A stretch of DNA of 40,016 nucleotides, taken from NCBI GenBank assembly GCA_963663405.2, contig CAXXSM010000147.1, forward strand, positions 1 to 40,016, given 5' to 3'. The notes below the pieces were generated by a model. That model was not told where the DNA came from and did not search any database. It saw nothing but the letters and a program-made list of their open reading frames with translations. A program made the translations under genes and the position numbers. The DNA comes from a bacterium (GTDB lineage Bacteria > Hinthialibacterota > Hinthialibacteria > Hinthialibacterales > Hinthialibacteraceae). The stretch's first letter is position 1. Each line of letters opens with the position of its first letter. Below, piece by piece: positions 1-10,751 of this stretch.

Positions 1-137
1 GGGAATTTGCTGTCAGCCTACTCCCCTCTACAATCCAGTAATTCAATAAATAAAAAAACAGAGAGGGACTCATCATTTCTCATTTATCACATTCTGATTA
101 TTTACAAAAGATTTTAGGCACGGACAAGAGAAATCCG

Positions 138-2342
138 GTGTTTACGATTTTCTGCGATGAAGAGGAAGACCAGTTGAATGTCTATTACGGCGCGGATCTA
201 TTAGAAATTGTACCGGACGATCGAGAGCATATCGAATACAAATTACTCGTCGCTCGACTCTACAACGCCAACCTCAATGCGACCATCTTGCAAGAAGTCT
301 TTCAAGTGGACCGGAAAACTATGAAGCGGTGGGGCGCCGCTCTTCGCTCTGGGGATAGTGAACAACTACGGAAAGTGTTGTTTGGCCGCCAAGCGCGAAG
401 AAAACTCACTCCGGAAATCGAATCGTATATCCGCATGCGATTTCCCGCGATTTACGAGGAAACAAAATATGAATATAGCAAACGGATGCGGGAAGAAATT
501 GAGCAGGTGTTCGGCTGCACGCTATCCGGGGAAACGCTCCGTCCCTTGCTGAGAGAATTGAAGGAAAGCATAAAAGTTCAAAAGGAAAATGAGGAAACTC
601 CCTGGGATTGTGAGCAGGAACCCGAGATCGAAGAAGAGGAGAAGACAAGCGAAATTGGCTCTGAAAACGAAGAAATTCGAGAACAATCTAAGGAGTCATC
701 CACACCAATGCCTTGTAACAATCGCAAGGAGTCTCCCGAATTAAAAGAAGCCTTTCCGGAGGAAGTGACGCTGTGTCATCACCTGGGCGTGTTGCTGTTC
801 AGCGCCTTGTTTCTCAGTCTCGACGCTTTCCCGGGGGAGGCGAGTTGGCTGCTCAAACAATGGGTGGCGATCATCTTGTTAGGAGCGGTCAATATCGAAC
901 AAACCAAGTTGCTGGATTTCGAGGATTTGAAACGGCTTTTGGGGAAGTGCATGCGCTCCTTGCATGACCAACGAACGCATCTGGGCCAAATGGCGACGGT
1001 CGCGATGGCGGAGCAGGTTCTTCGGTTAAACGCCGCAGAGGTCGATGCGGCGGCGAACGATGACTTTTATTACGATCCCCATACGAAACTCTATACAGGA
1101 ATCCAGAACGTCTTGAAAGGCTGGTGTCCAAGCATTCGTTCGGCGGATAAAGCGCTCCATATGGATTTTATTCACACGGCGGCGGGGCATCCGGTGTATC
1201 TCGAATCGACCGATAACTACGAAGACATGCGGGATCGGTTTTTTCAGGTGACCAACCACTTTCGAGCGCTTTTACAGATGGATAAAAAGAAGGTGATCAC
1301 CTTCATCGTTGACCGTGGGATATACAGTCTTGAAGTCTTTCAGAAATTCATCGAAGATCCTTCCACGCATGTGATCACGTGGGAAAAGAATTACAAGTTG
1401 GCGCCTTGGCCAGCGGAACCGGCGCCGGGAGCCTTCACGCTGGAACGGAACCGCAATTGCGCTACGGATCTGCAACTCTATACCTTCGCCTGCCTTGATG
1501 AGCGCTGGGAAAAGGATTCGTCGATGCGGAGGCTGCGCGTGCGCGCGACCAATCCCAAAGGACGGACGATCGAAGTGGGCGTATTGACCGATGACTTGAC
1601 TCGGCCGGCCCCAGAGATAATTACCTTGATCTTCCGGCGCTGGATCCAGGAAAATGATTTTAAGTATTTGGACAAACACTTTGGGATTAACGAAATCACC
1701 AGTTATGCGGTGATTCCTTACAAGCGATTACAAGATCACCTGGAAGATCAACAAATGAAGAGCGGCGCATATAAAGCGCTGGAAATGGAACGAAGCCAAA
1801 CGCAAGAGAAATTGGGCAAACTCTTGGTCCAGGAGCGTCAACATCCCGGAAAAAATGCGAAACGAGCCGAAAAGATTCAAACCTTGTCTCACCGGCTGGA
1901 TGAGATTGACGAGGAAATGAAAACGACAGAAAAGGAAATGTCCCGGCTCGAGTTTTTAATCGAGCAGGATTGCGTCCGCTTGGATACACGCAATAAGTAT
2001 TTGATGGACGTTTTGAAATTGTTGGCGCGAAATATCTTTTATAAAATGCTGGAGCCGTTCAAAAAAGAGTATGATAATTTCAGGGATGATCACGTGCTCT
2101 TTCGTTCCTTAACTCAATCGGATGGAGTCATCAAACAACAGGGAGATCAGGTGGAAGTCATTCTCCTTCCGAAACCGAATTATCCACCGAAAGTAAGGCG
2201 GATTATGGAGCAGTATCTGGCTAACATCAATGAGACCCACCCCCTTATGCCCGATGGCTCGAATCGGCAAATTCACTTTCGACTGGGGAAAAAATCGGAA
2301 TTTGAAATTGCGATTGTTTCAGGACCAAAACGGCCGAAATAG
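138..2342 (+). CDS. Large DDE transposase (IS4-superfamily/ISNCY-like) with N-terminal HTH; true start may lie upstream (~72-75)
   Basis: 734-aa ORF with DDE-type motifs FYYDPH, FIVDRG and RRWIQENDFKYL; HTH-like LQEVFQVDRKTMKRWG; coiled-coil insert near the C-terminus. Frame stays open back to position 54. Confidence 0.8.
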   Translation: MFTIFCDEEEDQLNVYYGADLLEIVPDDREHIEYKLLVARLYNANLNATILQEVFQVDRKTMKRWGAALRSGDSEQLRKVLFGRQARRKLTPEIESYIRMRFPAIYEETKYEYSKRMREEIEQVFGCTLSGETLRPLLRELKESIKVQKENEETPWDCEQEPEIEEEEKTSEIGSENEEIREQSKESSTPMPCNNRKESPELKEAFPEEVTLCHHLGVLLFSALFLSLDAFPGEASWLLKQWVAIILLGAVNIEQTKLLDFEDLKRLLGKCMRSLHDQRTHLGQMATVAMAEQVLRLNAAEVDAAANDDFYYDPHTKLYTGIQNVLKGWCPSIRSADKALHMDFIHTAAGHPVYLESTDNYEDMRDRFFQVTNHFRALLQMDKKKVITFIVDRGIYSLEVFQKFIEDPSTHVITWEKNYKLAPWPAEPAPGAFTLERNRNCATDLQLYTFACLDERWEKDSSMRRLRVRATNPKGRTIEVGVLTDDLTRPAPEIITLIFRRWIQENDFKYLDKHFGINEITSYAVIPYKRLQDHLEDQQMKSGAYKALEMERSQTQEKLGKLLVQERQHPGKNAKRAEKIQTLSHRLDEIDEEMKTTEKEMSRLEFLIEQDCVRLDTRNKYLMDVLKLLARNIFYKMLEPFKKEYDNFRDDHVLFRSLTQSDGVIKQQGDQVEVILLPKPNYPPKVRRIMEQYLANINETHPLMPDGSNRQIHFRLGKKSEFEIAIVSGPKRPK

Positions 2343-2348
2343 TGAGTT

Positions 2349-3500
2349 CTGGATGTTACGCACGAAGCCATAAAAGGATAGACTAAAGACCGAAGAAATG
2401 CAATAAAATCCGAAGGTTGAGGGACCGATGGATCGTGAGATTTTTGATTTATACACGGATTATGTAATCAGCAGTAGTAGCGCACGGATAGCCACAGGAT
2501 TATCCGGCCTAACCGATGGTGAAGTCAATCACGACAAGATCACTCGTTATTTATCGAAAGAAGAGTACACCTCAAAAGCGTTGTGGAAAAATGTGAAGCC
2601 CCTTATTCGTAAGATTGAGCAAGAAGACGGCCTATTACTTTTCGATGACACGATTGAGGAGAAACCGTACACAGATGAAAACGAAATCATCTGCTGGCAT
2701 TTCGATCACGCGAAAGGACGAAACGTAAAAGGGATTAATATCCTGAGCGCTCTTGTGCGCTATGGGGATGTGGCGTTACCCGTGGCGTATGAATTGGTGC
2801 GAAAAACCGAATCGTTCGTGGATCCCAAAACGGGCAAAACGAAACGGCGGGCGAATCAAAGCAAGAATGAAATGTTTCGAGAGATGGTTGACGTTTGTGT
2901 TCAGAATCAGCTGCCATTCCGCTATATCTTGGCGGATAGTTGGTTTTCCTCCAAGGAAAACATGGAGCATATTCGAAACCGGAAGAAACAGTTTCTCCTG
3001 GCCATCAAGAGCAATCGAACGGCCGCGCTATCGAGTGAGGAAAAATTGCGTGGAGAATTCAAAAAAGTATCCGAATTGAGTCTGAAAGAAGGAGAAGCCA
3101 AACTTGTTTTTTTAAAAGGGTTGGACTTTGGTGTTTTGTTGGTCAAACAAGTCTTTACAAACAAAGATGGAAGCACTGGTATCCTTTATCTCGTCTGCAG
3201 TGATACAACATTGGATTTCTCACGAATCGTCGATCTCTATAAATAACGGTGGAGAATCGAAGAGTATCACAAGTCCATCAAATCGAACACGGGGCTGGAA
3301 AAATCACCGACGAGAACTGTGAGGACTCAAACCAACCACATCTTTTCTTGCTTATGTGCGTTTGTGAAATTGGAATGGCTAAGCGTGAAGAAAAATCTCA
3401 ATCATTTTGCCTTGAAATATAAATTGATTCTCAAAGCCAATCAAATCGCTTTGGCTGAATTAAGAAAAATGAGGGCATAACTGTATCTGCGTAACATCAG
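2349..3500 (+). mobile_element. IS701-like insertion sequence
   Basis: Inverted repeats GATGTTACGCA (2352-2362) and TGCGTAACATC (3488-3498) bracket a transposase frame. Confidence 0.75.
2428..3480 (+). pseudogene. IS701-family DDE transposase with one internal stop (TAA 3244-3246)
   Basis: Motifs LLFDDTIEEKP and ILADSWF. After TAA the same frame continues RWRIEEYHKSIKSNTGLEKSPTRT...KMRA* to 3480 and carries the catalytic Glu motif. Confidence 0.85.
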
Positions 3501-3639
3501 ATTTTAAATTAAATTAAAAATCTAAAATAATTGAATCGCCTCTTTCCCTCACTAGAAAAATATATTAAAATAATCCCCAAAAAAAACGATCATTATGTGA
3601 ATACAAAAAAAATACTCTAAAAATATCGATTACAACTAT

Positions 3640-6600
3640 GTGATAAAAATCATGAGATGTTTTAATTGTGATACAAATCTTATTGAATACATAAAACCAT
3701 ATGAGAATACGGTTATCTGTCCGAATTGCCAAACTCAAAATGATGTATCGGGTAAAACCATCGTAAATCAAATTGATGATACATTTTGGAATGACGAGAC
3801 AATTGTAACAGACCACAATGAAAACAAAAAAGAGAAAAATACATATTTGAAAAATGTAGATATCAACAAGAATCATCAAGCAGAGACTATTGCGGAACGC
3901 TATAAGATCCTTGAAAAATTAGGAGAAGGAGGTATGGGAGCGGTTTATAGAGGGGTCGATACGAAATTCAATGACCACCCTATTGCCATTAAAAGATTGT
4001 CTCAAACATTAGCAAATGATTCTATATTTATAAAAAGATTCAATTTAGAAGCGCAGGTATTGCGCAAAATACGTCATCCAGGGATTATACAAGTTCATGA
4101 TTTCGAAGAAAGAGACCATTATTATCTGATAATGGACTTAGTTGAATCCAGCCAATACGGGTGTGGCGCGACGTTAAAAGACGAAATCGAGATTAAAACC
4201 TTTAACAATAATGACATTAAAAATTGGCATGGCTTTATTTCCAAGCTTATTCGTAGCGCGAACAGCGAAAAACCAAATCTGGGAAACTTACTCTGGAATG
4301 TATTACCTCAACAGCTTCAGCGTCACCTAGAGAGTATTGAAGATTACTCCCGTTTATCAGTTAAATACAAAGACATAATTGTGAGCGCATTAAACAAATT
4401 GCTAAGAATTCCTGATGTTTACAAAGAACTGTCTCTTGATAGAAAAGAGGGTTCAACGGCAATACAAAAATTGATCTCCCGCATTCAATATGATGATTCT
4501 GATAAAGTCGTTCTTCGATTAAACAGTATTCTAATTGAGGACTATTTCGAGAAGGAAATTGCCAAGAAAAAGAAAGTATTACAATTGGATCGCATCCTGG
4601 ATGTTATGTTCCAAGCGTGCGATGCTTTGCAATATGCTCATGATAAAGGTATCATTCATCGAGATATCAAACCCGCCAATTTTTTATTGGGATCGGGAAA
4701 CCGTGTTTTGCTGGCGGATTTTGGCATCGCCCACACGGGGCAGTATCGAAGTGACGAAACCTTGACCAGCTATGGAGATACGATAGGATCGCCACGATAT
4801 ATGTCTCCTGAGCAAAAGTACAATCCGGTGGATGTGACTTGTGTCAGCGATATTTTTTCTCTCGGCATAGTCTTTTATGAAATGTTAACCGGTGAATCCC
4901 GTGATGGGATGATTGCTGATGGGCGCAAGTTATTATGCGATTGTGAAATCCCGAGTAAAATTCGAAAGGATATTCCAAAACGTATTGCTCATCGAATTGA
5001 TCTCGTCTTTCTCAAAGCCATCCACAAAAATACTAATTACCGGTACCAATCGGCAAATGAATTTTCTGATAGTCTTCAAACAATAAAACAGCAATGTATA
5101 TTGTTTGAAAAAAGAAAGACAAAGCGGACTCGTTTGTTGACAACAATAGCCATTATCGGTGTACTCTGTGGAATTGGTTATTTCTATAACCCTGACGTGT
5201 TTCATTCTTCTTACATCACAGTGAGGAATATGATTAATACGTATGTTTTTCCTGTCACGTTTCAGGATTTGATAGACGCCGTTTTGGATTCCGACTTTGA
5301 TACATCCAACGAAATTGTCACAAATAATCCAACATTAGTGCAGCGTGGAAAAGGCAAATCTAATCGTACCATTTTACACTTTTTTGCGGAAAAAAAATCA
5401 CTGCTGGACACGGATTTTTCATTCCTAGACCGAGTCATCGCCATAGGAGCGCCGTTAAGCGCAGTGGATACAGATGGAAATACGCCGACGCATATATGCG
5501 CCATTGAGAATAACTTATCTTTGCTCAGCATCTTGATACAAAAAGGAGCGTTGTTTCATGAGAAAAATAACGATGGAAAAACTCCCTATGATATCGCGTG
5601 TGAAAACAAATATCAAAGTATCATGGATTTATTGGGACATCATGAATTACTGATAGCGATAAATGAGAAGAATTACACTCAGATTGACGCGCTCTTGAAA
5701 AACAGCGCCCATCTGGGAACAAAAGTGGATCCGGATACAGGACTTGCGCCTATCCATATTGCTGCTCAAGATGGTGATTTGCAATTGATTGAACTGGCTT
5801 TGAAATATGAAGCGGATCAAGACAGCAAGACAAATCAAGGACGGACCGCTCTCATCATCGCGTGCGAGAAAGGCGATCTATCCATTGCGGACAAACTGCT
5901 TTCTTCTCATGCTGCCATAAATCTGGCGGATGAAAACATGAAATCTCCGCTTCATTATGCGGCGGAAAAAGGATATACAGAATTAGTAAAATTCTTGATT
6001 GATCATGACGGTCAAGTTGAAGCGACGACGAATGTAGAATCGAATACGCCCTTGCATCTAGCGGCCATGAATGGACATGAGGAAACTGTAGAGGTTTTGT
6101 TAAAACAGACCACGATTCCTTTACTGCGAAACGCCCAAGGATTCAATCCGACGCAACTGGCCGAGATGAATAACCATAAGACATTGGCTCAAAAAATCCG
6201 TGATTATACAACGATTGATCTCGATGAATTTCATGACATGTTGATGAATAATGATTGCAGCAATATCTATGCCGCGCTGGATTTGAATCCATCCTATGCC
6301 AATCATCGTTATTCTGAAGGCAATACACCATTGCATATCGCAGCGCAGAAAGATTTCGTTGAAATCCTGGAACCACTAATTTCCAAGTACAAAGCAAATA
6401 TAAATGCGCAGAATGATAAAGGCAATACGCCATTGCACGTGGCGATCATCGCGGAAGGAGTCAACGCCGTTACTACCTTTTTACAACTAAACGCCCTAAC
6501 GGATATATACAACCAATCACAGCCGCCGGCAACCGCGCAGCACATTGGAAGAAAGAGCGCAAATGATCACATCAGAAAGTTATTTTCACCTATCCCTACA

Positions 6601-7062
6601 CCGACCCGAATGAAACCGACGGCTGTCCCGACGAAGAAACCAACGCCGACGAAAAAGCCAACTACAGTATCTCGAACGGATCTAATAAAAGCCATTCAAG
6701 GAAAGAACAAAACTTCATTCAATCGTTTATACAGAAAAGAACTGGTTGTAGTCGATCAACAGAATAGTCCATATTATGATAACAATGGGTATACATTACT
6801 TCATATAGCATCTAAATTAAACTTTGATATGGCTGTTAACAAAATTGTTGATTCCTTTCGTAATATTGAATCAATCCTAGATAGCAAAGATAAAGCGCTA
6901 GGCAACACGCCCTTACATTATGCGGTACTTAATCAAAACATTGATATGATTAAATATTTAAGATTAGCCGGTGCTAATCCAAATATATCAAACAATGCAA
7001 ATAAACGTCCCGTTCAACTAACCGTTGATCAGGACCTTATTCGAGCTATAGTAAGACCATAA
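3640..7062 (+). CDS. Hanks-type Ser/Thr protein kinase with N-terminal Zn-ribbon, one TM helix and C-terminal ankyrin repeats (start may be ATG 3652)
   Basis: CFNC..CPNC; LGEGGMGAVY, AIKR, HRDIKPAN, DFG, YMSPE, SDIFSLG; hydrophobic LLTTIAIIGVLCGIGYFY; many GNTPLHxA ankyrin motifs; Pro/Thr linker. Confidence 0.93.
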   Translation: MIKIMRCFNCDTNLIEYIKPYENTVICPNCQTQNDVSGKTIVNQIDDTFWNDETIVTDHNENKKEKNTYLKNVDINKNHQAETIAERYKILEKLGEGGMGAVYRGVDTKFNDHPIAIKRLSQTLANDSIFIKRFNLEAQVLRKIRHPGIIQVHDFEERDHYYLIMDLVESSQYGCGATLKDEIEIKTFNNNDIKNWHGFISKLIRSANSEKPNLGNLLWNVLPQQLQRHLESIEDYSRLSVKYKDIIVSALNKLLRIPDVYKELSLDRKEGSTAIQKLISRIQYDDSDKVVLRLNSILIEDYFEKEIAKKKKVLQLDRILDVMFQACDALQYAHDKGIIHRDIKPANFLLGSGNRVLLADFGIAHTGQYRSDETLTSYGDTIGSPRYMSPEQKYNPVDVTCVSDIFSLGIVFYEMLTGESRDGMIADGRKLLCDCEIPSKIRKDIPKRIAHRIDLVFLKAIHKNTNYRYQSANEFSDSLQTIKQQCILFEKRKTKRTRLLTTIAIIGVLCGIGYFYNPDVFHSSYITVRNMINTYVFPVTFQDLIDAVLDSDFDTSNEIVTNNPTLVQRGKGKSNRTILHFFAEKKSLLDTDFSFLDRVIAIGAPLSAVDTDGNTPTHICAIENNLSLLSILIQKGALFHEKNNDGKTPYDIACENKYQSIMDLLGHHELLIAINEKNYTQIDALLKNSAHLGTKVDPDTGLAPIHIAAQDGDLQLIELALKYEADQDSKTNQGRTALIIACEKGDLSIADKLLSSHAAINLADENMKSPLHYAAEKGYTELVKFLIDHDGQVEATTNVESNTPLHLAAMNGHEETVEVLLKQTTIPLLRNAQGFNPTQLAEMNNHKTLAQKIRDYTTIDLDEFHDMLMNNDCSNIYAALDLNPSYANHRYSEGNTPLHIAAQKDFVEILEPLISKYKANINAQNDKGNTPLHVAIIAEGVNAVTTFLQLNALTDIYNQSQPPATAQHIGRKSANDHIRKLFSPIPTPTRMKPTAVPTKKPTPTKKPTTVSRTDLIKAIQGKNKTSFNRLYRKELVVVDQQNSPYYDNNGYTLLHIASKLNFDMAVNKIVDSFRNIESILDSKDKALGNTPLHYAVLNQNIDMIKYLRLAGANPNISNNANKRPVQLTVDQDLIRAIVRP

Positions 7063-7080
7063 AAATGAAGAGGTGATGAA

Positions 7081-7947
7081 ATGTATCGATTTCAAAAGCC
7101 AGTAAGATGGATGTTAAGTTGTATAATGTGTATTATTTTTTTATTTGTTTCATGCAAGACTTTTGATACACGTATACTTTCTAACTTAGCACATAGCGCG
7201 TTGGATGGGGATGAGGCAAGTATGGTCGAATTAGCGTTGTTTTTAATTGATAAAATTGAACTATTTGAAGTGAGGGAAGCGAAATCAAATGCGAATCAAA
7301 AAGAAGTTTCAGATGAAGAACTCCGGCAAGGCAAGTCTATCCCCCAAATCCCAGAAGTGAGAATTATTCAAGCAAATATGGATAGAACGACCCCAAAAGT
7401 ATACCTGGGGGAATCAATTCATTTCTATCTTCGTTATCGTGTTGTCGGAGTGGAAAATAAATTAATAAATTTGAATATTTTAAGAACAGATGAATTGCAT
7501 TATCGATATGATGCTGATACGGCATTTATACCGATTGATAAATTAAATCAAAGAACACCATTGCCATCGATCGGAGACCAAACATCTCCCTTAGTAATGA
7601 AATTCTCAGATAGAGACGCGGAAGGATACTATCGTATTATAACAAAAATTGAGGTGACTAATGGAACTGTTGTTGGGACGATACCTGTTACATACGATTT
7701 TGTCCTGGGCGATAAACCTATACCAACAACTAGCTATTCACCAACCGTCTCTTCACCATCATCGTTAAATCCTACCATTCCATCCTCACAAGATGAATAT
7801 AATGTGTATTACGTAAAAAAGGGCGATACCATTGGTAAAATCGCGGTAAAGCATGATGTGTCCGTAGATGCAATATTGAATGCCAATAAAAACATATCTA
7901 ATCCTAATCAAATCCAAATTGGTGATCGCATCCGAATTCCTAAATAG
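7081..7947 (+). CDS. Putative lipoprotein with C-terminal LysM peptidoglycan-binding domain
   Basis: Signal peptide ending in lipobox-like FVSC; Ser/Pro/Thr linker; YYVKKGDTIGKIAVKHDVSVDAILNAN...IQIGDRIRIP is LysM; RBS GAGGTG. Confidence 0.88.
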   Translation: MYRFQKPVRWMLSCIMCIIFLFVSCKTFDTRILSNLAHSALDGDEASMVELALFLIDKIELFEVREAKSNANQKEVSDEELRQGKSIPQIPEVRIIQANMDRTTPKVYLGESIHFYLRYRVVGVENKLINLNILRTDELHYRYDADTAFIPIDKLNQRTPLPSIGDQTSPLVMKFSDRDAEGYYRIITKIEVTNGTVVGTIPVTYDFVLGDKPIPTTSYSPTVSSPSSLNPTIPSSQDEYNVYYVKKGDTIGKIAVKHDVSVDAILNANKNISNPNQIQIGDRIRIPK

Positions 7948-7981
7948 GCAATTATTTGGATATTCAAAATGGTGAACCATT

Positions 7982-10684
7982 GTGAAACTTAATGAGATTG
8001 TAAAAGAAATAAATCGGCGTTTTTCCATAGACATTACGACCTCTATAGTGATAAACGATATATTGAATGATGAAAATGTCGGTCTTCTAATTCAAGAGGA
8101 AACAGTACATGAAGCGACTGATTTTTCGCCTGAAAATGTCGAAAAAATAGTTGAGTATTACAAAGAGAAGTCCCACCAGTCTTCTCCAGAATTTGAAAAT
8201 GCTCCATCCAATAATTCAGATGAACAACATATATTAACAATACGAATCGATGATAATACAGAGCAAAAAAACGTAACCATTCAACCCGCGGATACACCCT
8301 ATCTATTCGGACGCGGGAACGAAGTAGCTCAATTCCTAGGCGATCCGACAGTCAGCCGTAAACATTGCAGCATTGATTGGAAAGACAACCAGTTTCTCAT
8401 TCGCGATTGCGACAGCCGTGTAGGAACGTATCTGAATGGCGTTTCGATTCAATCAAATCCTCTTAAAGATGGTGATGTGCTGTCGATCGGTAAGTTTAAA
8501 CTTTTTATTCAAATTGATACTTCGATCCAATCGCGCCCCAAGGTGGATGAAGAAAAATACGACGAAACGGAACTGGACGATGATAGTAGTAAAACAAGGT
8601 ATGTGAAAGATCCCAATCGTTATGCGAGAGATTCATTCCAGCAATCCTTACCCGAAAGTTTTGATCTATCAACAGGAAAACAATCTTTTGTACTGGGTCG
8701 AAAAAAAGACTGTGATATCTGTTTGGATGATCTTTTAGTCTCTCGAATTCATGCGAAAATTGATCGTCAAAATGATATCTATCATCTTTTCGACCACAAT
8801 TCGACAAACGGAACCTATGTCAATGGACGTCTGATAAAGCGAAAGACAAGAATTAAACTTAATGATCAGATTAATATAGGGCCTTTTCAACTTATTTTCA
8901 CTGGGAAATATTTAATAACAAAAACACAAAAAAAAGGAGCAAGAATCGCTGTAAGAAACCTGAGTAAAGAAGTGACGGATAGAAAAACAAATAAACCTTT
9001 GCTCTTATTAAATGACATTACTCTAACAATAGAAAACGGAGAGTTTATCGGATTGTTGGGGCAATCAGGATGTGGAAAATCTACGTTCATGGACGCCATT
9101 AATGGAAGACGTCATGGAACCGAAGGTTCTATTTATTATGACGATACACATTTATATGAGCAATTCGTTACTGTAAAAGACAAAATTGGCTATGTTCCTC
9201 AAAATGTAATATTTCATGAAAATCTTCCACTCGTCGACGCATTAAAATACGCAAGTCGATTGCGCTTATCCAGTGATATCAATGAAACAGAATTAGATAA
9301 AAATATTAATCGTGTTTTGACAACCGTAAAATTACTCGATCGGAAGGATACTGTCATTCGGGATCTATCGGGAGGGCAGAAAAAAAAAGTAGCCATTGCG
9401 ATGGAACTATTAAGCAAACCTCAGATCCTGTTTCTAGACGAAGTTACCTCGGGATTGGATTTAGGCTCGGAACGTCAGATGATGCGACTGTTTCGAGATC
9501 TGAGTCATGAAGAAATTACGGTTGTATGCATCACACATTTCGTCGATAGTTTAGATATCTGTGATCAAGTGGCCTATTTTGTGAAAGGCCGACTTGCATT
9601 TTTCGGTTCCCCTTTTGAGATGAAAGACTATTTTCAAATTGATCGTATTAGTGGTATATATGATCGCAATGATGAAGACAACGCCAAACAGTGTGAGATG
9701 GAATTTAGAGTTTCAAACTATTATAAAAAGAATGTCGAAAGTAAGAATTCACCTGACGAGAAATTTAAATTGGACGCGTACGATTTCTCCAATCATGCGA
9801 ACAAAATGACACTAGATGATATCAAGGATTCCTTTCAAAAAATAAAGAAAAAATTCTTTCAACCAATCTTTACCAATCCCAAACAAATGATGGATTTAGT
9901 GAATCAGCCATCCGCTTTCGCACGGCAATTAAAATTACTTTTTCGACGTTATTTCCAATTGATTGTTCAAGATAAAAATAACATGCCAATATTGCTCTTG
10001 CCGGCGCCATTAATTGCGATACTTCTATGTCTGGTGACCTCTTCATTAGAAGACAACGATCCACATAAACAAAGCGTATTATGCTTTGGCGCGGTACTCA
10101 CTGTTTTTTTCTTGAGTTTATTTAGTTCCATTCGAGAGATTGTCAAAGAAGATCTAATATACCGGCACGAACGATTTATCAGTTTACAACTCTTTCCATA
10201 CATCATAAGTAAAGTGATTGTGCTATTTGGGATCGGCGTCATACAAACGGTACTCGTCTACTTTATTATCTCACAGTTTGGAGATTTCGAATCCGATAAT
10301 TGGATAAGGCAGATCATGGTGCTTCTTTCCACTTCTTTAGCGGGAACAATGTTGGGACTTACCATATCGGCTTGGGCAACCTCCTCTGATTTAGCGGTCA
10401 ATGGTATGATCGCCGTTGTCATACCTCAAGTCTTATTTTCCGGAGCTCTTGTCAGTGAATTCTCTTCCGCTTCCGAATTCATCGCCAAATATTTTATTGT
10501 CAGTTATTGGTCTTTTCACGCTATGATAGAGTTGCTTCCACAAGGAGAGAATTGGATTCAATATACAATACCTATTATCTTATTTATCGCATTATATTTC
10601 TTTTTAGTGCTGTATTTTATGGCCTACAAAGATGGCGCTAATGTTTTCCAAAGAATATTAAATCATATAAAAGAGAATAATTAA
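7982..10684 (+). CDS. FHA-FHA-ABC ATPase-ABC2 permease fusion (Rv1747-like architecture)
   Basis: Two FHA motifs (GR..VSRKH..SRVGT; GR..VSRIH..STNGT), Walker A GQSGCGKS, signature LSGGQ, Walker B LFLDE, H-loop, about 6 C-terminal TM helices. Confidence 0.92.
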   Translation: MKLNEIVKEINRRFSIDITTSIVINDILNDENVGLLIQEETVHEATDFSPENVEKIVEYYKEKSHQSSPEFENAPSNNSDEQHILTIRIDDNTEQKNVTIQPADTPYLFGRGNEVAQFLGDPTVSRKHCSIDWKDNQFLIRDCDSRVGTYLNGVSIQSNPLKDGDVLSIGKFKLFIQIDTSIQSRPKVDEEKYDETELDDDSSKTRYVKDPNRYARDSFQQSLPESFDLSTGKQSFVLGRKKDCDICLDDLLVSRIHAKIDRQNDIYHLFDHNSTNGTYVNGRLIKRKTRIKLNDQINIGPFQLIFTGKYLITKTQKKGARIAVRNLSKEVTDRKTNKPLLLLNDITLTIENGEFIGLLGQSGCGKSTFMDAINGRRHGTEGSIYYDDTHLYEQFVTVKDKIGYVPQNVIFHENLPLVDALKYASRLRLSSDINETELDKNINRVLTTVKLLDRKDTVIRDLSGGQKKKVAIAMELLSKPQILFLDEVTSGLDLGSERQMMRLFRDLSHEEITVVCITHFVDSLDICDQVAYFVKGRLAFFGSPFEMKDYFQIDRISGIYDRNDEDNAKQCEMEFRVSNYYKKNVESKNSPDEKFKLDAYDFSNHANKMTLDDIKDSFQKIKKKFFQPIFTNPKQMMDLVNQPSAFARQLKLLFRRYFQLIVQDKNNMPILLLPAPLIAILLCLVTSSLEDNDPHKQSVLCFGAVLTVFFLSLFSSIREIVKEDLIYRHERFISLQLFPYIISKVIVLFGIGVIQTVLVYFIISQFGDFESDNWIRQIMVLLSTSLAGTMLGLTISAWATSSDLAVNGMIAVVIPQVLFSGALVSEFSSASEFIAKYFIVSYWSFHAMIELLPQGENWIQYTIPIILFIALYFFLVLYFMAYKDGANVFQRILNHIKENN

Positions 10685-10751
10685 TGGTTCAATTTGGAAT
10701 TGAGTTTTTTTGATTAAAAAGAGGTGGACAATCCTGTAATTTTTGTAGTTA

